DNA of 64,000 nucleotides, from assembly GCF_964194155.1 (NCBI RefSeq), contig NC_135910.1:7192001-7256000 (forward strand). The letters are read 5' to 3'. Below are positions 48,501-61,514 of this stretch, piece after piece. Numbering within the stretch: the first letter of the stretch is position 1; each line of letters opens with the position of its first letter. Both the position numbers and the translations under genes were made by a program. The DNA comes from Cetorhinus maximus (Eukaryota). A model generated the notes under the pieces. It was not told the DNA's origin. It worked only from the letters and a program-made list of their open reading frames with translations, and searched no databases.

Positions 48501-50610
48501 GGAGGCCATTCGGCCCATCCTGACTGTGGCAGCTCTCTGAAAGGCACCGCAATTCGTCCCACTCCTGCTCTTCCCCCTGTAGCCCTGCTTAGGCTTCCCC
48601 TTCAAGCATTAATCCAGTTCGCTTCTCAAAGTTACGATTGAACCTGCTTCCATTTTCATCTCAGCCACTGGATTCCAGGTCACAGTGACTTTCGGAGTAA
48701 AAAGAATTTCTCCTCATCTCCAACCCCCTGGCTTTTCTGTCAAAGGTGTCCTCCAGGTACTGACTCTTGCGCCAGGTGGAACTAGTTTCTCCCTATCTAA
48801 TCTACTGAGAGTTCTTGAAGGGTTTCAAAATGATATTGTGAAAGGGTGAAGCACCTAGAAAGGAGGAACAATTTCAGCGCTGCCAACCTCAGCGGGTAAT
48901 TATATTGCATTTAGCCACGGCTTTTACAGAGCTCGGTGTGACCCATTCTGCAAGATCTTCACTGTCATGGTCTCATAGCAAATCCCACAAGGGGCCTGTA
49001 AACCGCCGTGGTACAAATACTGATAGAATTCCAACATCAAATCCAAAATCTCAATTGCTACATTGACACGCCCGTGCACACACGCACACTAGTCCACAGT
49101 AACGTACTCAGGGATAGAGAGGTTTGTTTAACAGTAACAAATCCCCGTCCTGCGTTAGAAAGTCGTGTCATTAATGGTTATTAATTAATTATAGTGCGAA
49201 TCTTCATCAGATCTCTCAATTGGTCCATTATTTCTCCCCTGGTTGGATTTTCGATGCCCGATGGGGTCGGCACCGGAGGGGGCAGAGTTGACATTTCCTG
49301 CCGTTGCCCAGTATGCCATCTTTCTGGCGCCGTTCTGAGCAGGAGCCATTTTGGAAATGCAACAAGGGCCCTACTAAGGCTCCTCTCCTGCGCTGATGGG
49401 GCAGTTTCCAGTTGGCAGTGGGAGTGTCCAAAACGCAGCCAGTGAGAGGCGGTGGACTCCCAGAAGCAGACTGCCTGGTGCGGGGGAGAGGGGGAGTGAA
49501 GGGGGGCAACACTCCAGTGGACGCTTCAAACTCCCCCTCCCTCCTCCCAGCCCCACAGCCGCCATACCACGGTAACCACAGCTGGGTGACTTAGACGGCT
49601 CTGTGGGGGGAATTCCCCTTCCCAGAGGACAGCGTAGCAGCTGTGCCCTCCTATTTTTATATTTTGAAAAAAAATATTCAGAGGGCGCCTCAAGATGGAG
49701 GCGCCTGCGCTCTCTCCTGCACTCACCAACAGCGGGGTGGCTTATATGTCCTTGCTGAAGGGCCTCCTATTGACCCTCCAGCCTCAGGAGACCGCCCACT
49801 ATCCTTAATTGGATGGCGAACGCGCCACTTGGGCCATCAATGGGCTCGACATTGAAAAGTTGGGTAGAGGATCTTTGTTTGTGGTGCAACATAGGACTCA
49901 GAAGTTCTCCTGTCACTGGGTTCCCAACTTCAGAAGGAAAATCCAGCCCCTCTCTCTCCACCATCAGACCCCTCTGCTCATCGGCCTAGTTGACAAACGC
50001 CATTCCCCAAATACCCTAAATCAAAATATTACAGATGCCGGGAAGTCCGAAATTCAATCAGAAAATGTTGGAAATACTCAGCAGGTCAGGCAGCACCTGT
50101 GGAGGGAGAGGCAGTGTTAAAGTTTCAGGTCGCTATTGAAAGGACAGCGTTAACTCGGTTTCCCTCCCCACCGTTTCTGGTCTGAGCTGCTGAGTGTTTC
50201 CAGAATTTTCTGTCCTTATTCGCCAAATCCCATGTTGCCTGCGGGTACAAAGAGGCTGCTGGGAGAACAGCCCGGAGTTAAATAGCTCTAAGGTCCAACA
50301 GATGGAAAAAACAGTTCGGACCAGTACTCTTATTTCCCAGTTTTTACTGGTGTTCCGTTTTAACGTATACAAGACCAGTTGGAGGTGTCAGCTGTGGCTC
50401 AGTTCATAGCACCCTCGCCTTTGAATCAGAAGGTTGTGGGTTCATGTCCCACTCCCGGAAACCAAGAACTGTGAATGTACTCGAAAGAGTTACATGCGAT
50501 CTGTTGATAACTCGAAAGAGTTACAAGACCAGTTTGGACCAGTACTCTTATTTCCCAATTTTCACTGTCTTTTCGTTCTGGGTGGGAGATACATATACAA
50601 GGAGACCAAC

Positions 50611-50727
50611 CTTGGTGACATCCTGAGAGAGATAGGAGTTGGTTTCCTTCAGCCGGGAAATGGCACTGTGACAAAGACCTCCAATCACCGCCATTAGTGT
50701 GTTGAAGTTCTGGAGCAGCCGAAGTTT
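50611..50727 (-). CDS. RASGRP4: RasGRP exon (117 bp), CDC25 domain: KLRLLQNFNTLMAVIGGLCHSAISRLKETNSYLSQDVTK
   Basis: ctcacag acceptor, AAG|GTTGGT donor; RasGEF signature QNFNTLMAV.GGL.HS.ISRLKET. Confidence 0.95.
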
Positions 50728-53700
50728 CTGTGAGGGAACAGAAGTGAAGAGGGACGTCAAACACTGTCTGGAAAGTGGGGTCACATTGGACCCAAGTGCT
50801 TTAAAGAGCCACCACATCCATGTTTACAATCACAGAGCATAATGCCACAGCCTGAGTTGAAGCTCATCAATGGCCCACTTGATATTATTGTCAGAGAAAT
50901 AATAGCACTTCTCTATTTCAAAATAAAGGAGGAAAAAAATCCCCTTTTAAAAAGGAGAAGGCAGGAGAGTGGCACTAGGTGAACTGCTCTTTTGGACAGC
51001 TGGTGCAGACATGGACAGCCTCCCTCGGCGCTATAATAATTCTGTGACAAAATCTCCCAATTAGAATTGTTCTTCAAATCGTACCCTGGCTGGGGGGGGG
51101 TCCTTTTTGTATAATTTCCTCTTTAAGAACATGTCAAAAAAAATGACATGTGATGATCCAGCAAGGTCTGACACAATTATTACCCCTTTTGCAGTTTTTA
51201 AATTCATTCTTGCAATGTGGGCATTGCTGGCGAGGCCAGGATTTGTTGCCCAACCCTAATTGCCCCTTGAGAAGGTGGTGGTGAGCTGCCTTCTTGAACC
51301 GCTGCAGTCCATGTGGTGTAGGTACATCCACAGTGCTGTTAGGGAGGCAGTTCCAGGATTTTGACCTAGCGACAGTGGAGGAGCGGTGATATTTTTCCAA
51401 GTCAGGGTGGTGAGTGACTTGGAGGGGAACTTCCAGGTGGTGGTGTTCCCATCTATCTGCTGCCTTTGGCCTTCTAGATGGTAGAGGTTGTGGGCTTGGA
51501 AGGTGCTGTCGAAGGAGCCTTGGTGAGTTGCTGCAGTGCGTGTCATAGATGGTACACACTGCTGCCACTGTGCGTCGGCGGTGGAGGGAATCATCGTAAT
51601 TTTCTTACTCCTTATCCCATCCACCCCACCCAGAGTCATGTAATCTCCTGAGAGAGATGAAAACCAGCAGAAAACTCCAGTGATTCTTCTAACAGGAATG
51701 TGGTTGTTGTCAATCTTAGAAATCAAATCCACATGGCATTTTTAGAAAAGTTACCGAGGTAAGGGTTTCACTAAAGTGGTGCATTCCTTCATTTTATTCA
51801 TTCTTGGGATGTGGGTGTCACTGGCAAAGCCAACATTTGTTGCCCATCCCTAATTGCCCTTGAACTGAGTGACTTGCTAGGCCATTTCAGAGGGCAGATA
51901 AGAGTCAACCACATTGCTGTGGGTCTGGAGTCACTTGTAGGCCAGACCGGGTAAGGACGGAAGATTTCCTTCCCTAAAGGGCATTAGTGAACCAGATGTG
52001 GTTTTTACAACAATTGATGACAGTTTCATGGTCACCATTACTGAGAAAAGCTTTATATTCCAGATTTATTAATTGAATTTAAATTCCACCAGCTGCCGTA
52101 GTGGGATTTGCACCCATGTTCCACAGAACCTCTGAATTACTAGTCCAGTGACATAACCACTACGTCACCGCCTTCCCCTATTATGCATTTACATATCACC
52201 TTGGGCACTTGGATATGAATTCAGCCAAGAGTGATGGGTTCAAAACCTCGCCCGAGAAGAGAAAGTGCTGCGAATCTTTTTGTTGACCACCTGTTTGGAG
52301 AAGCTTTCAGAGCATCTCAGCCCTTAAACTGCACTTAACAGATGACAGTCCCAAATAGGACTGGTGCCTCAGTATTCTGCGGGCCATCTGAAAGAGCATT
52401 TTTCCTACAGCCTGGGCATTGAATGGAGATTTAAAGGTCTTCTTCTGTCAGCTACACCTCCAATATAAACACCCGAATGTTTGCGTGACCAACTGCATTG
52501 TAAACCCTCAAACATGAGGCCTTGCCATTGTGCCTCCACTCTGGTTGCATCTTTGGCCATCTTTGTAAATAAACGGTTCAAAAGAGGAACATGGAAGACA
52601 AGTGGTCCTAACTCCCAACAGCGCACAAATGCCCAAAGCATCCACATGACGTTTCTTCACACACCATTTTCACCGAGGGTTGTAACCCCTTTACTTTAGA
52701 CTTCACCATGTATAATCGCCTTTTTAAAAGGTGCCAAAAAAGAAATGATGAAGGGGTTTGATGGGGGGAGACATACGGGTCATAAATATAAGATAGTCAC
52801 TCATAAATCCGATGTGGAAAATGGTGTTCCGCAGGGATTGATGCAGGGACCACCACTGTTCACCATTCCCATAAAATGACTTGGACTTGCAAATCAGATG
52901 TATAGTTTCAAAATTTTGGATATACGTTCGGACAAAATTTAGGGGAGATGGCGGCGTGGTGGTAATGCCACTGGACTAGTAATCCAGCCACTGGATTTGT
53001 AATCCAGAGGTCCAGGCTAATGCTCTGGGGACATTGGTCCATACCCCACCGTGACAGCTGGTGGAACTTAAATCCAATAAAATCTGGAATTATAAAGCTA
53101 GATTCATTAATGGTGGCCATGGCAACGATCATCGATTGTCTTAAAAACCCATCTGGTTCACTAATGTCCTTTAGGGAAGGAAATCTGACATCCTTACCCG
53201 GTCTGGCCAACATGTGACTCCAGACCCACAGCAATGGGGCTGACCCTCAACTGCCCTCTGAAATGGCCGGGTAGGCCACTCAGTTCAAGGGCAATCAGGG
53301 ATGAGCGACAACTGAAGGCCTTGCAACACTTCCATGAAAGAATAAAGGAAGAAACAAACCCTACCAAATTGGGGGTTGCAGTCAATTCTGAGAAAGACTG
53401 CGACAGACTTCAAGCGGATATTAATAAAATTACAGGCTAAATATAGGACAAGGGTGAAGTGATCGAGGAGTATAGATGCACAGGTCACCAGAAATAGCGG
53501 CTGAGATGTATAGAGAAAGAAACAGAGCTCTGGAGTCCATTTCTAGACAGGTAGAATTGAAAAGCAGAGAGGTTAACTTGAACTTGTTCAGACCACAATT
53601 GGAGAACTGTGCTCATTACTGTTTTCCATGTTACAAAAATGGTATAGAAGCACTGCAGAAGATGGTAAAAACAAATAATAAGGACGATACCGGAACCAAG

Positions 53701-54210
53701 AGATTATAAGTATCAGGAATTGCTGGAAAAGAGAGACGTTTTTGTCATAGTTTTTTGCCTTGCAATCATCAGGTCAATTCGCAACGACTAGCTATGAGGA
53801 AGGACAGAACAATCTGGGCCTCTTCTCTCCAGAAAACTGAAGACTTGAAGGTGACTTATGAGCACTTTAAGATTCTGAAAGGGTTTGATAGGGTAGGTGT
53901 AGAGGAAATGTTCCCAGTCGCGCGGGAGGCCAGAACCAGAGGCCATCAATAAATGAGAGTTACCCAATAAAACCAGAGACCGGTGAGAGTGTGGAACTTG
54001 CTACCACATGGGGTGATTGGGACACATTTCATCGATGTATTTCAAGGGAAGCTAGATGACAAGGAAGGAATAGAAGGGAATGCTGATAGGGTTAGATAAA
54101 GTTGGGGAGGTGGGTGGGGGGGGGATGCGAAGGGGAGGGTGCAGAGGTTTGTGGGAGGAGCGTGACCAGAAGTACGGACCAGTTGAGCTGAGTGATCTGT
54201 TTCTTTCAGA

Positions 54211-54211
<1 letters not shown>

Positions 54212-54242
<31 letters not shown>
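54212..54242. repeat. (CA)n microsatellite
   Basis: Read directly from the sequence. Confidence 0.95.
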
Positions 54243-54244
<2 letters not shown>

Positions 54245-54651
54245 GAAAGAGAAAAGCCAATAACAGAAAGAGAACATTCTGGAAAATTCCTCTCCAAGCC
54301 CCTCAGGTGATTTGAAAGCAGTCCAGGAGATCAGTCAGTGCCAGGCTGGGGTTTTGACACCCAATGGGCTGCAAGACAAAAGGGAAGCCTGAAGCAGACA
54401 CAAGTGTTATAGGGTTTGACAAAGCTCGTGTAGGAGGTGAGGTGATCAGCTGCGACTCTGATGCCGTGAATTCTTAATTGATTTGAATCAGCCTGCTACT
54501 CCACAGAGATTAAAACTAATTATCTTTGATGAGATCATGGGGGAGCATTAATCCAGCTCCCAATGTCCTTAGCAAGGATGCCTAGCAACCAACTTGCCTC
54601 CACATGAGGCACGACTGATTTCCTCGGGGAGGCTTCCTCATTGCGCCCTAC

Positions 54652-54825
54652 CTGAGCAACGTGTATGAACTTGGTGAAGACTTCGGCCCTCTGGGCTGGA
54701 CTGGGCCTATTGAGGATCATCAGCTGGACCCACTGGGAGATCCCGTTGACCAGGGACACGGAACGCTCCAGGGCTGGGTTCTCTCTCACACACCCGCTGA
54801 CCATGTAACTCATGTAGTCTAGGTA
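54652..54825 (-). CDS. RASGRP4: RasGRP exon (174 bp), CDC25 domain: [58 protein letters not shown]
   Basis: ttccag acceptor after a pyrimidine tract, CAG|GTAGGG donor; GISQWVQLM motif. Confidence 0.95.
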
Positions 54826-55493
54826 CTGGAAGAAAGGAGGAAAAAAAAATAAAATGGTATTTCTATAGCGCCATTCAAAGCCCAAAATGCTTTGCAACCA
54901 ATGAAATGCTTTTGGGATGCATTGTGGGAAATGCCGCAGCCAATGTGCATCAAGCAAGATCCCATTAACAACAATGAGATAAAGCCCAAATAATCTGCTT
55001 TTTAGCAATGTTGGTTGAGGGATAAATATTGGCCAGGACACCAGGGAAAACTCCCCACTGATCTTCGTCCAACAGCAGCCGTGAGATCTTTTACCTCCAC
55101 CTGAGGTGACAGTCAAGGCCTTGGTTTAAGGGCCTCCCCCGACAGGTGGCACCGCTGGCAGTGCAGCACTCTCACGGTTCTGCACCAGGAGTCTCAGCCT
55201 AGATTTTGAGGTCTTGTGCCCGCCATTTTCCAACTCACTAAAAGCACGCGGTGTAGCCACGCAGTGGCTGGGCTGTGTGGCAAGGGTGCCACGTGCCTGA
55301 GGCAAATAACTTAGCACGGCAGGCTGTGACAGATCCCGTAGCGTTTACAGAGTTACCACGAGGACGGGGTTTTGCTGTCAAAGTCCCCCAGACAGACAGT
55401 GGGCTCCGAGAGTCCCCAGTCAATGACAGATTTCCAGCCCCTACGAGTACCCAGCATCAGCCTTCATCGTCCACGGGTTAGGGAACTGCTCAC

Positions 55494-55647
55494 CGATAAT
55501 CGGCAGAAGGACTTAAACTCCAAATAGCTGAGATGTTCAGCCAGTTCCGCGGGCTCCAGGTGATCGAAAAGCAGCGACACTTTCCGTTTCTTGTTGTTGT
55601 TGGGGGTGCCATGCTGTGTGTACTTCCGTGTCCATTCATGCATGTGG
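55494..55647 (-). CDS. RASGRP4: RasGRP exon (154 bp): [51 protein letters not shown]
   Basis: tttcacag acceptor, CG|GTGAGC donor; family motif [13 protein letters not shown] at the start of the CDC25 domain. Confidence 0.95.
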
Positions 55648-56084
55648 CTGTGAAAGCGGACGAGGGAAAAGAGTTACACCACCTTTCAGCCTGGAAACAG
55701 GGGCCTGTGCAACTTAGTCTAAGGTGAGACAGCAAGGGCAATGACTGAGGTGAAATGGGCTTCTCAACAACCATCGGTACTCACACAGCATAGAGCGATA
55801 CAGCATAGAAGGCGGCCATTCAGCCCATCCTGCCTGTGCCAGCTCCCTGAAAGGGCTACCTAGTAAGACCCGCTCCCCTGTTCTTTCCCCATAGTTCTAA
55901 AGATGAAAAGTTGCAACAAAAATGCCTATACTCAGGCTCTGCACTACCAAACAACTAACTATGAGGAAGGACTGAACAGTCTGAGCCTCTTTTCTCCTGC
56001 AAAGTAGCAGAAAAACCAAGTCAGTCTGGAAGGCAGAGCGTATATAGTCAAGTTAAGGCACGAGGGAGCATGGCGAGGCTGGAT

Positions 56085-58960
56085 GGCATTTATTTTAATG
56101 CAAGGAGTCTTGTGAGTAAGGCAGATGAGTTTGAGGGTGTTGATTAACACATGGGGATATGATATCATTGTTAGCACAGAGACATGGTTGAGGGAGGGGC
56201 AGGACCGGCAGCTCAGTATTCCGAGGTATAGAATCTTCATGCAAGACGGGATGCGGGGGGGTGGGGTGTGTGCAGGGGTGTGGTGTAAAAGCAGAGGTGA
56301 TGTCGCAATATTGATCAAGAAGTCAATTACTGCAATAAGGAGGGATGGTATCGTAGGAGGTTCCTCAAATGAGGCTATATGGGTAGAACTTAAATCAAAA
56401 AGGGGGCAATCACATTGCGGGGAGTGTACTATAGAACCTAAAACAGCCAGGGAGAGATAGAATGGCAGATATATAGGCAAATCTCAGAGAAGCGTAAAAA
56501 CAACAGGTTAATAATAGCAGGGGATTTCAACTTCCCCAATATTAACTGGGATAGGCAAAGTGTGAAAGGTTAAGAGGGGGACGAGTTCTTAAAATGTATC
56601 CAGGAGAGCTTTTTAAGCCAGCAAATAGAAAGTTCTACAAGAGAGGGGGCGGTGCTGGACCTAGTTTTAGGGAATGAAACCGGGCAAGTGGTAGAAGTGT
56701 CAGTGGGGGAGCATTTCGGTGATAGTGACCATAACTCAGTAAGATTTAAGGTAGTTGTGGAAAAGGGAAAAGATGGAATAAAGGTTCTGAATTGGGGGGA
56801 AGGCCGATTTTAATCTGATAAGACAGGGTCTGGCCAAAGTGGACTGGGAGCAGCTACTTGTAGGAAAATCTTTATCAGAGCACTGGGATTCTTTCCAAAA
56901 GGAAATAGTGAGAGTTCAGGGCCAACATGTTCCTGTAAAGGCAAAGGGCAGGATCAACAAGTCCAGAGAACCCTGGATGTCAAGGAATGTGCAGGATTGG
57001 ATAAGGAAATAAAGGGAAGCTTATGGTAGATACCGAGGGTTCAAAATAGCGGAAGCCCTAGAGGAGTATAGAAAGTGCGAGGGATTACTTAAAAAAAGAA
57101 ATTAGGAGAGTGAAGAGGGGGGGGCATGAAAAAACACTGGCGGGTAAAATAAAGGAAAATCCAAAGGCATTTTATAAGTATATTAGGGGCAAGAGGATAA
57201 CCAGGGAAAGAGTAGGGCCCATTAGAAACCAAAGTGGCAATCTGTGTGAGGAGCCGGAGGACGTCGGTGAGGTTTTAAATGAGTACTTTGCATCTGTATT
57301 CACTCTAGAGAATGACGATGTAGGTATAGGAAATCAGGGAGCTGGGCTGTGATATGCTTCAACAAATTAGCATTAAGAGGGAGGAGATATTAGCAGTTTT
57401 AGCAGGTTTAAAAAGGGATAATTCGCCAGGCCCAGATGGGATGTATCCCAGTCTACTGTGGGAGGCAAGGGAGGAGATTGCAGGGGCCCTGACATTAATT
57501 TTCAAATCCTCCCTGGCCACAGGAGAGGTGCCAGAGGACTGGAGGACAGCTAATGTGGTACCATTATTCAAGAAGGGTGGTAGGGAAAAACCAGGGAACT
57601 ATAGGCCAGTGAGTCTAACATCAGTGGTAGCGAAACTTTTGGAAAAAATTCTGAGGGACAGGATTAATCTCCACTTGGAGTGGCAAGGATTAATCAAGGA
57701 TAGTCAGCATGGCTTTGTCAGGAGATCATGTCTAACAAATTTGACTGAATTTTTCGAGGAGGTGACTAGGTGTGTAGATGAGGGTAGTGCAGTTGATGTA
57801 GTCGACATAGACTTCAGTGAAGATTTTGACAAGGTCTCGCATGGGAGACTGGTCAAGAAGGTAAGAGCCCATGGGATCCAGGGCAATTTAGCAAATAGGA
57901 TCCAAAATTGGCAGGAGGCAGGAGGCAGAGGGCGATGGTCGAAGGTTGTTTTTGTGACTGGAAGCCTGTGTCCAGTGGTGTACCACAAGATTTGGTGCTG
58001 TGTCCCTTGCTGTTTGTAGTGTACATTAATGATCTAGACATGAACGTAGGAGGTATGATCAGTAAGTTCACAGATGACACAAAAATTGTTAGTGTGGTAA
58101 ATAGTGAGGAGGAAAGCCTTAGACTACAGGATGATATAGATGGGCTGGTCAGATGGGCAGAACAGTGGCAAATGGAATTTAATCCTGAGAAGTGTGAGGT
58201 GATGCATTTTGGGAGGACTAACAAGGCAGGGGAGTACACGATGAATGGTAGGATCTTAGGAAGTACAGAGGGTCAGAGGGACCTTGGTGTGCATGTCCAT
58301 AGATCCCTGAAGGCAACAGGACAGGTAGATAAGGTGGTTAAGAAGGCATATTAGATACTTGCCTTTATTATTTGAAGCACTGAATACAAGAGCGGGAAGG
58401 TTATGTTGGAGCTGCATAAAATGCTAGTTAGGCCACAGCTGGAGTACTGTGTGCAGTTCTGGTCGCCACACTATAGGAAGGATGTGATTGCACTGGAGGG
58501 GGTGCAGAGGAGATTCACCAGGATGTTGCCTGGGCTGGAGCGTTTCAGCTATGAAGAGAGACTAGATAGGCTGGGGCTGTTTTCCTTAGAGCAGAGAAGG
58601 CTGAGGGGGGACCTGATAGAGGTGTACAAAACTATGAGGGGCAGAGATAGGGTAGATAGGAAAAAACTTTTCCCCTTAGCAGAGGGGTCAATAACCAGGG
58701 GGCATAGATTTAAGGTAAGGGGCAGGAGGTTTAGAGGGGATATGAGGAAATTTTTGGAACTCACTGCCTGAAAGGGTGTTAGAGGCTGGAACGCTGACAA
58801 CATTTAAGAAGTATTTAGATGAGCACTTGAAATGCCATAGCATACAGGGCTACGGACCAAGTGCTGGAAAATGGGATTAGAATAGATAGGGGCTTGATGG
58901 CCGGCACGGACACGATGGGCCGAAGGGCCTGTTTCTGTGCTGTATAACTCTATGACTCCA
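56085..58960 (+). mobile_element. CR1-clade LINE, near-complete but frameshifted ORF2 (APE endonuclease + RT) and 3' tail
   Basis: Endonuclease motifs (NARS, ETWL, GDFN, SDHN), then RT-region motifs (PGPDG, WRTANVVPLFKKG, NYRPVSLTS, QHGF, SGVPQ, FTDD) and C-terminal RPQLEYCVQFW...RRLRGDLIEVYK, split over several ORFs. Confidence 0.95.
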
Positions 58961-59746
58961 TGGTTTAAAGGTGACTTATGCAGTTTTATTCTCCTTCAAG
59001 TATTTATCCAATTCCCTTTTCAAAGCTACTATTGAATCTGCTTCCGTTGCCCTTTCAGGCAGCCATCCCAGATCACACCAGCTCGCTGCGTCAAAAAATC
59101 TGCAACAGCAACATACTGCGGATGCTGGAAATCTGAAACAACGACAGAAAATGCTGGAAACACTCAGCAAGTCAGGCAGGCGTTCCGGCGAAAGGTCAGA
59201 GACCTGAAACCTTAGCTCTGCTTTTCTGTCCACACATGCTGCCTGATCGGCTGAGTGTTTCCGACACTTAATTTTTATCCTCGTGTCAGCCCAGCTTCTT
59301 CTGTCAATTATCTCATATTCGACCTCCTCGGCTTCCCATACAGCAGAAATACTTTCTCCATAGTTACACAATCAAACCCCTTCACAAGCACCTCCAGCAA
59401 ACCCCCCCCTTACCCTTCACTGCTCAAGGGAGAGTATTAAACATGTCAGAAGATTTAGAGGGCACTAATACATTTTATTAAGTATATAAAAGGCTTTATA
59501 TTTTGGGATCTGATTAAAGTCCAGGCTCTGGGTTCAAACCGATGAAATCCTCTCTTCCTACTGGTGGGTAGCGCTCTATGCGAAATGAACAAAAGTCAAC
59601 CAAATTCCTCGTATCCGTTTGCAATCCAACAACTAGCACTAAGCTGGAATTCCATTCAGATTGACATGGGATGGCCGGTGTAGGAAATGGAAAGGTGGTA
59701 CTCATTTCATGATTGTGATGCATTACATTACTTGCGGCCATGCTGA

Positions 59747-61050
59747 ATGTAGAGGGAGCTTTACTCTGTATCTAACCCAGTGCTGTACCTGTCCTGGGAG
59801 TGTTTGATGGGGACAGTGTAGAGGGAGCTTTACTCTGTATCTAACCCAGTGCTGTACCTGTCCTGGGAGTGTTTGATGGGGACAGTGTAGAGGGAACTTT
59901 ACTCTGTATCTAACCCCGTGCTGTACCTGCCCTGGGAGTGTTTGATGGGGACGGTGTAGATGGAGCTTTACTCTGTATCTAACCCCGTGCTGTACCTGTC
60001 CTGGGAGCGTTTGATGGGCATGGTGTGGAGGGAGCTTTACTCTGTATCTAACCCCGTGCTGTACCTGTCCTGGGAGCGTTTGATAAGGACAGTGTAGAGG
60101 GAGCTTTACTTTGTATCTGACCCTGTGCTGTACCTGTCCTGGGGGTGTTTGATGAGGACAGTGTAGAGGGAGCTTTACTCTGTATCTAATCCCATGCTGT
60201 ACCTGTCCTGTGAGTGTTTGATGGGGACAGTGTAGAGGGAGCTTTACTTTGTATCTGACCCTGTGCTGTACCTGTCCTGGGAGTGTTTGATGGGGACAGT
60301 GTAGAGGGAGCTTTACTCTGTATCTAACCCCATGCTGTACCTGCCCTGAGAGTGTTTGATGGAGACAGTGTAGGGAATGATTTACTCTGTATCTAACCCC
60401 GTGCTATACCTGTCCTGGGAATGTTGGATGGGGACAGTGTAGAGGGAGCTTTACTCTGTATCTAACCTTGTGCTGTACTTGTCCTGGGAGTGTTTGATGG
60501 GGACAGTGTAAAGGGAGCTTTACTCTGTATCTAACGCTGCGCTGTACGTGTCCTGGGAGTGTTTGATGGGGACAGTGTAGAGGGAGCTTTACTCTGTATC
60601 TAACCCTGTGCTGTACCTGCCCTGGGAGTGTTTGATAGGGACAGTGTAAAGGGAGCTTTACTCTGTATCTAATCCCATGCTGTACCTGTCCTGGGAGTGT
60701 TTGATGGGGACAGTGTAGAGGGAGCTTTACTTTGTATCTGACCCTGTGCTGTACCTGCCCTGGGAGTGTTTGATGGGGACAGTGTAAAAGGAGCTTTACT
60801 CTGTATCTAACCTTGTGCTGTACTTGTCCTGGGAGTGTTTGATGGGGACAGTGTAGAGGGAGCTTTACTCTGTATCTAACCCCATGCTGTACCTGTCCTG
60901 GGAATGTTGGATGGGGACAGTGGAGAGGGAGCTTTACTCTGTATCTAACCTTGTGCTGTACTTGTCCTGGGAGTGTTTGATGGAGACAGTGTAGGGGGAG
61001 CTTTACTCTGTATCTAATCTATGTTGCACCCGTCCTATGATATTTGATAA
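59747..61050 (+). repeat. 69-bp tandem satellite, about 19 units
   Basis: Unit GTGTAGAGGGAGCTTTACTCTGTATCTAACCCCGTGCTGTACCTGTCCTGGGAGTGTTTGATGGGGACA, period 69. Confidence 0.97.
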
Positions 61051-61382
61051 GACAACATAAATTCCAGAAACAGTAACATGATCACTGTTGTGGTCATGTT
61101 GGCTGATGGATGAAATAGTTGCATTGGGATCTGTTACATTCATCCAAGATGGCAGATGGCGCCCCGGTTTAATGATGACACCTCTGACAATGCAGCACTC
61201 GCTCAGTGCTGCACCGGGAGTGTCAGCCTGGATTTTGTGCTCACAGTGCTGGAGTGGGTCTTGAACCCATGACCTTTTGACTCCAGCGTGACTCTGAGGC
61301 GAGAGTGAGTCCTGCTCATCGAGCCACCAGGTGAAGCTGGGGATTGGTTGTTTCCCGGGTCAGAAAGAGGAGTTGTTCTCAC

Positions 61383-61514
61383 ATGTTTGAGGTGTCGATG
61401 AGCTGACAGTGAGATTCGTCGCCTTCATTTCGGACCAGTTCCCAGAACTGTGACATCACATCCTCCAGCTTGCTGTCCACTGTGAATGCAGCGGGATAAT
61501 GTGTTATCCAGTAC
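61383..61514 (-). CDS. RASGRP4: RasGRP exon (132 bp), REM domain: YWITHYPAAFTVDSKLEDVMSQFWELVRNEGDESHCQLIDTSN
   Basis: ctccag acceptor, AT|GTGAGA donor; inside ORF 61379-61576; clear RasGRP homology. Confidence 0.93.

Noticed and set aside
56085-58960. Active CR1 retrotransposon
   Set aside because: Multiple frameshifts and stops, the RT motif reads FTDD, and there is no ORF1 or 5' UTR.
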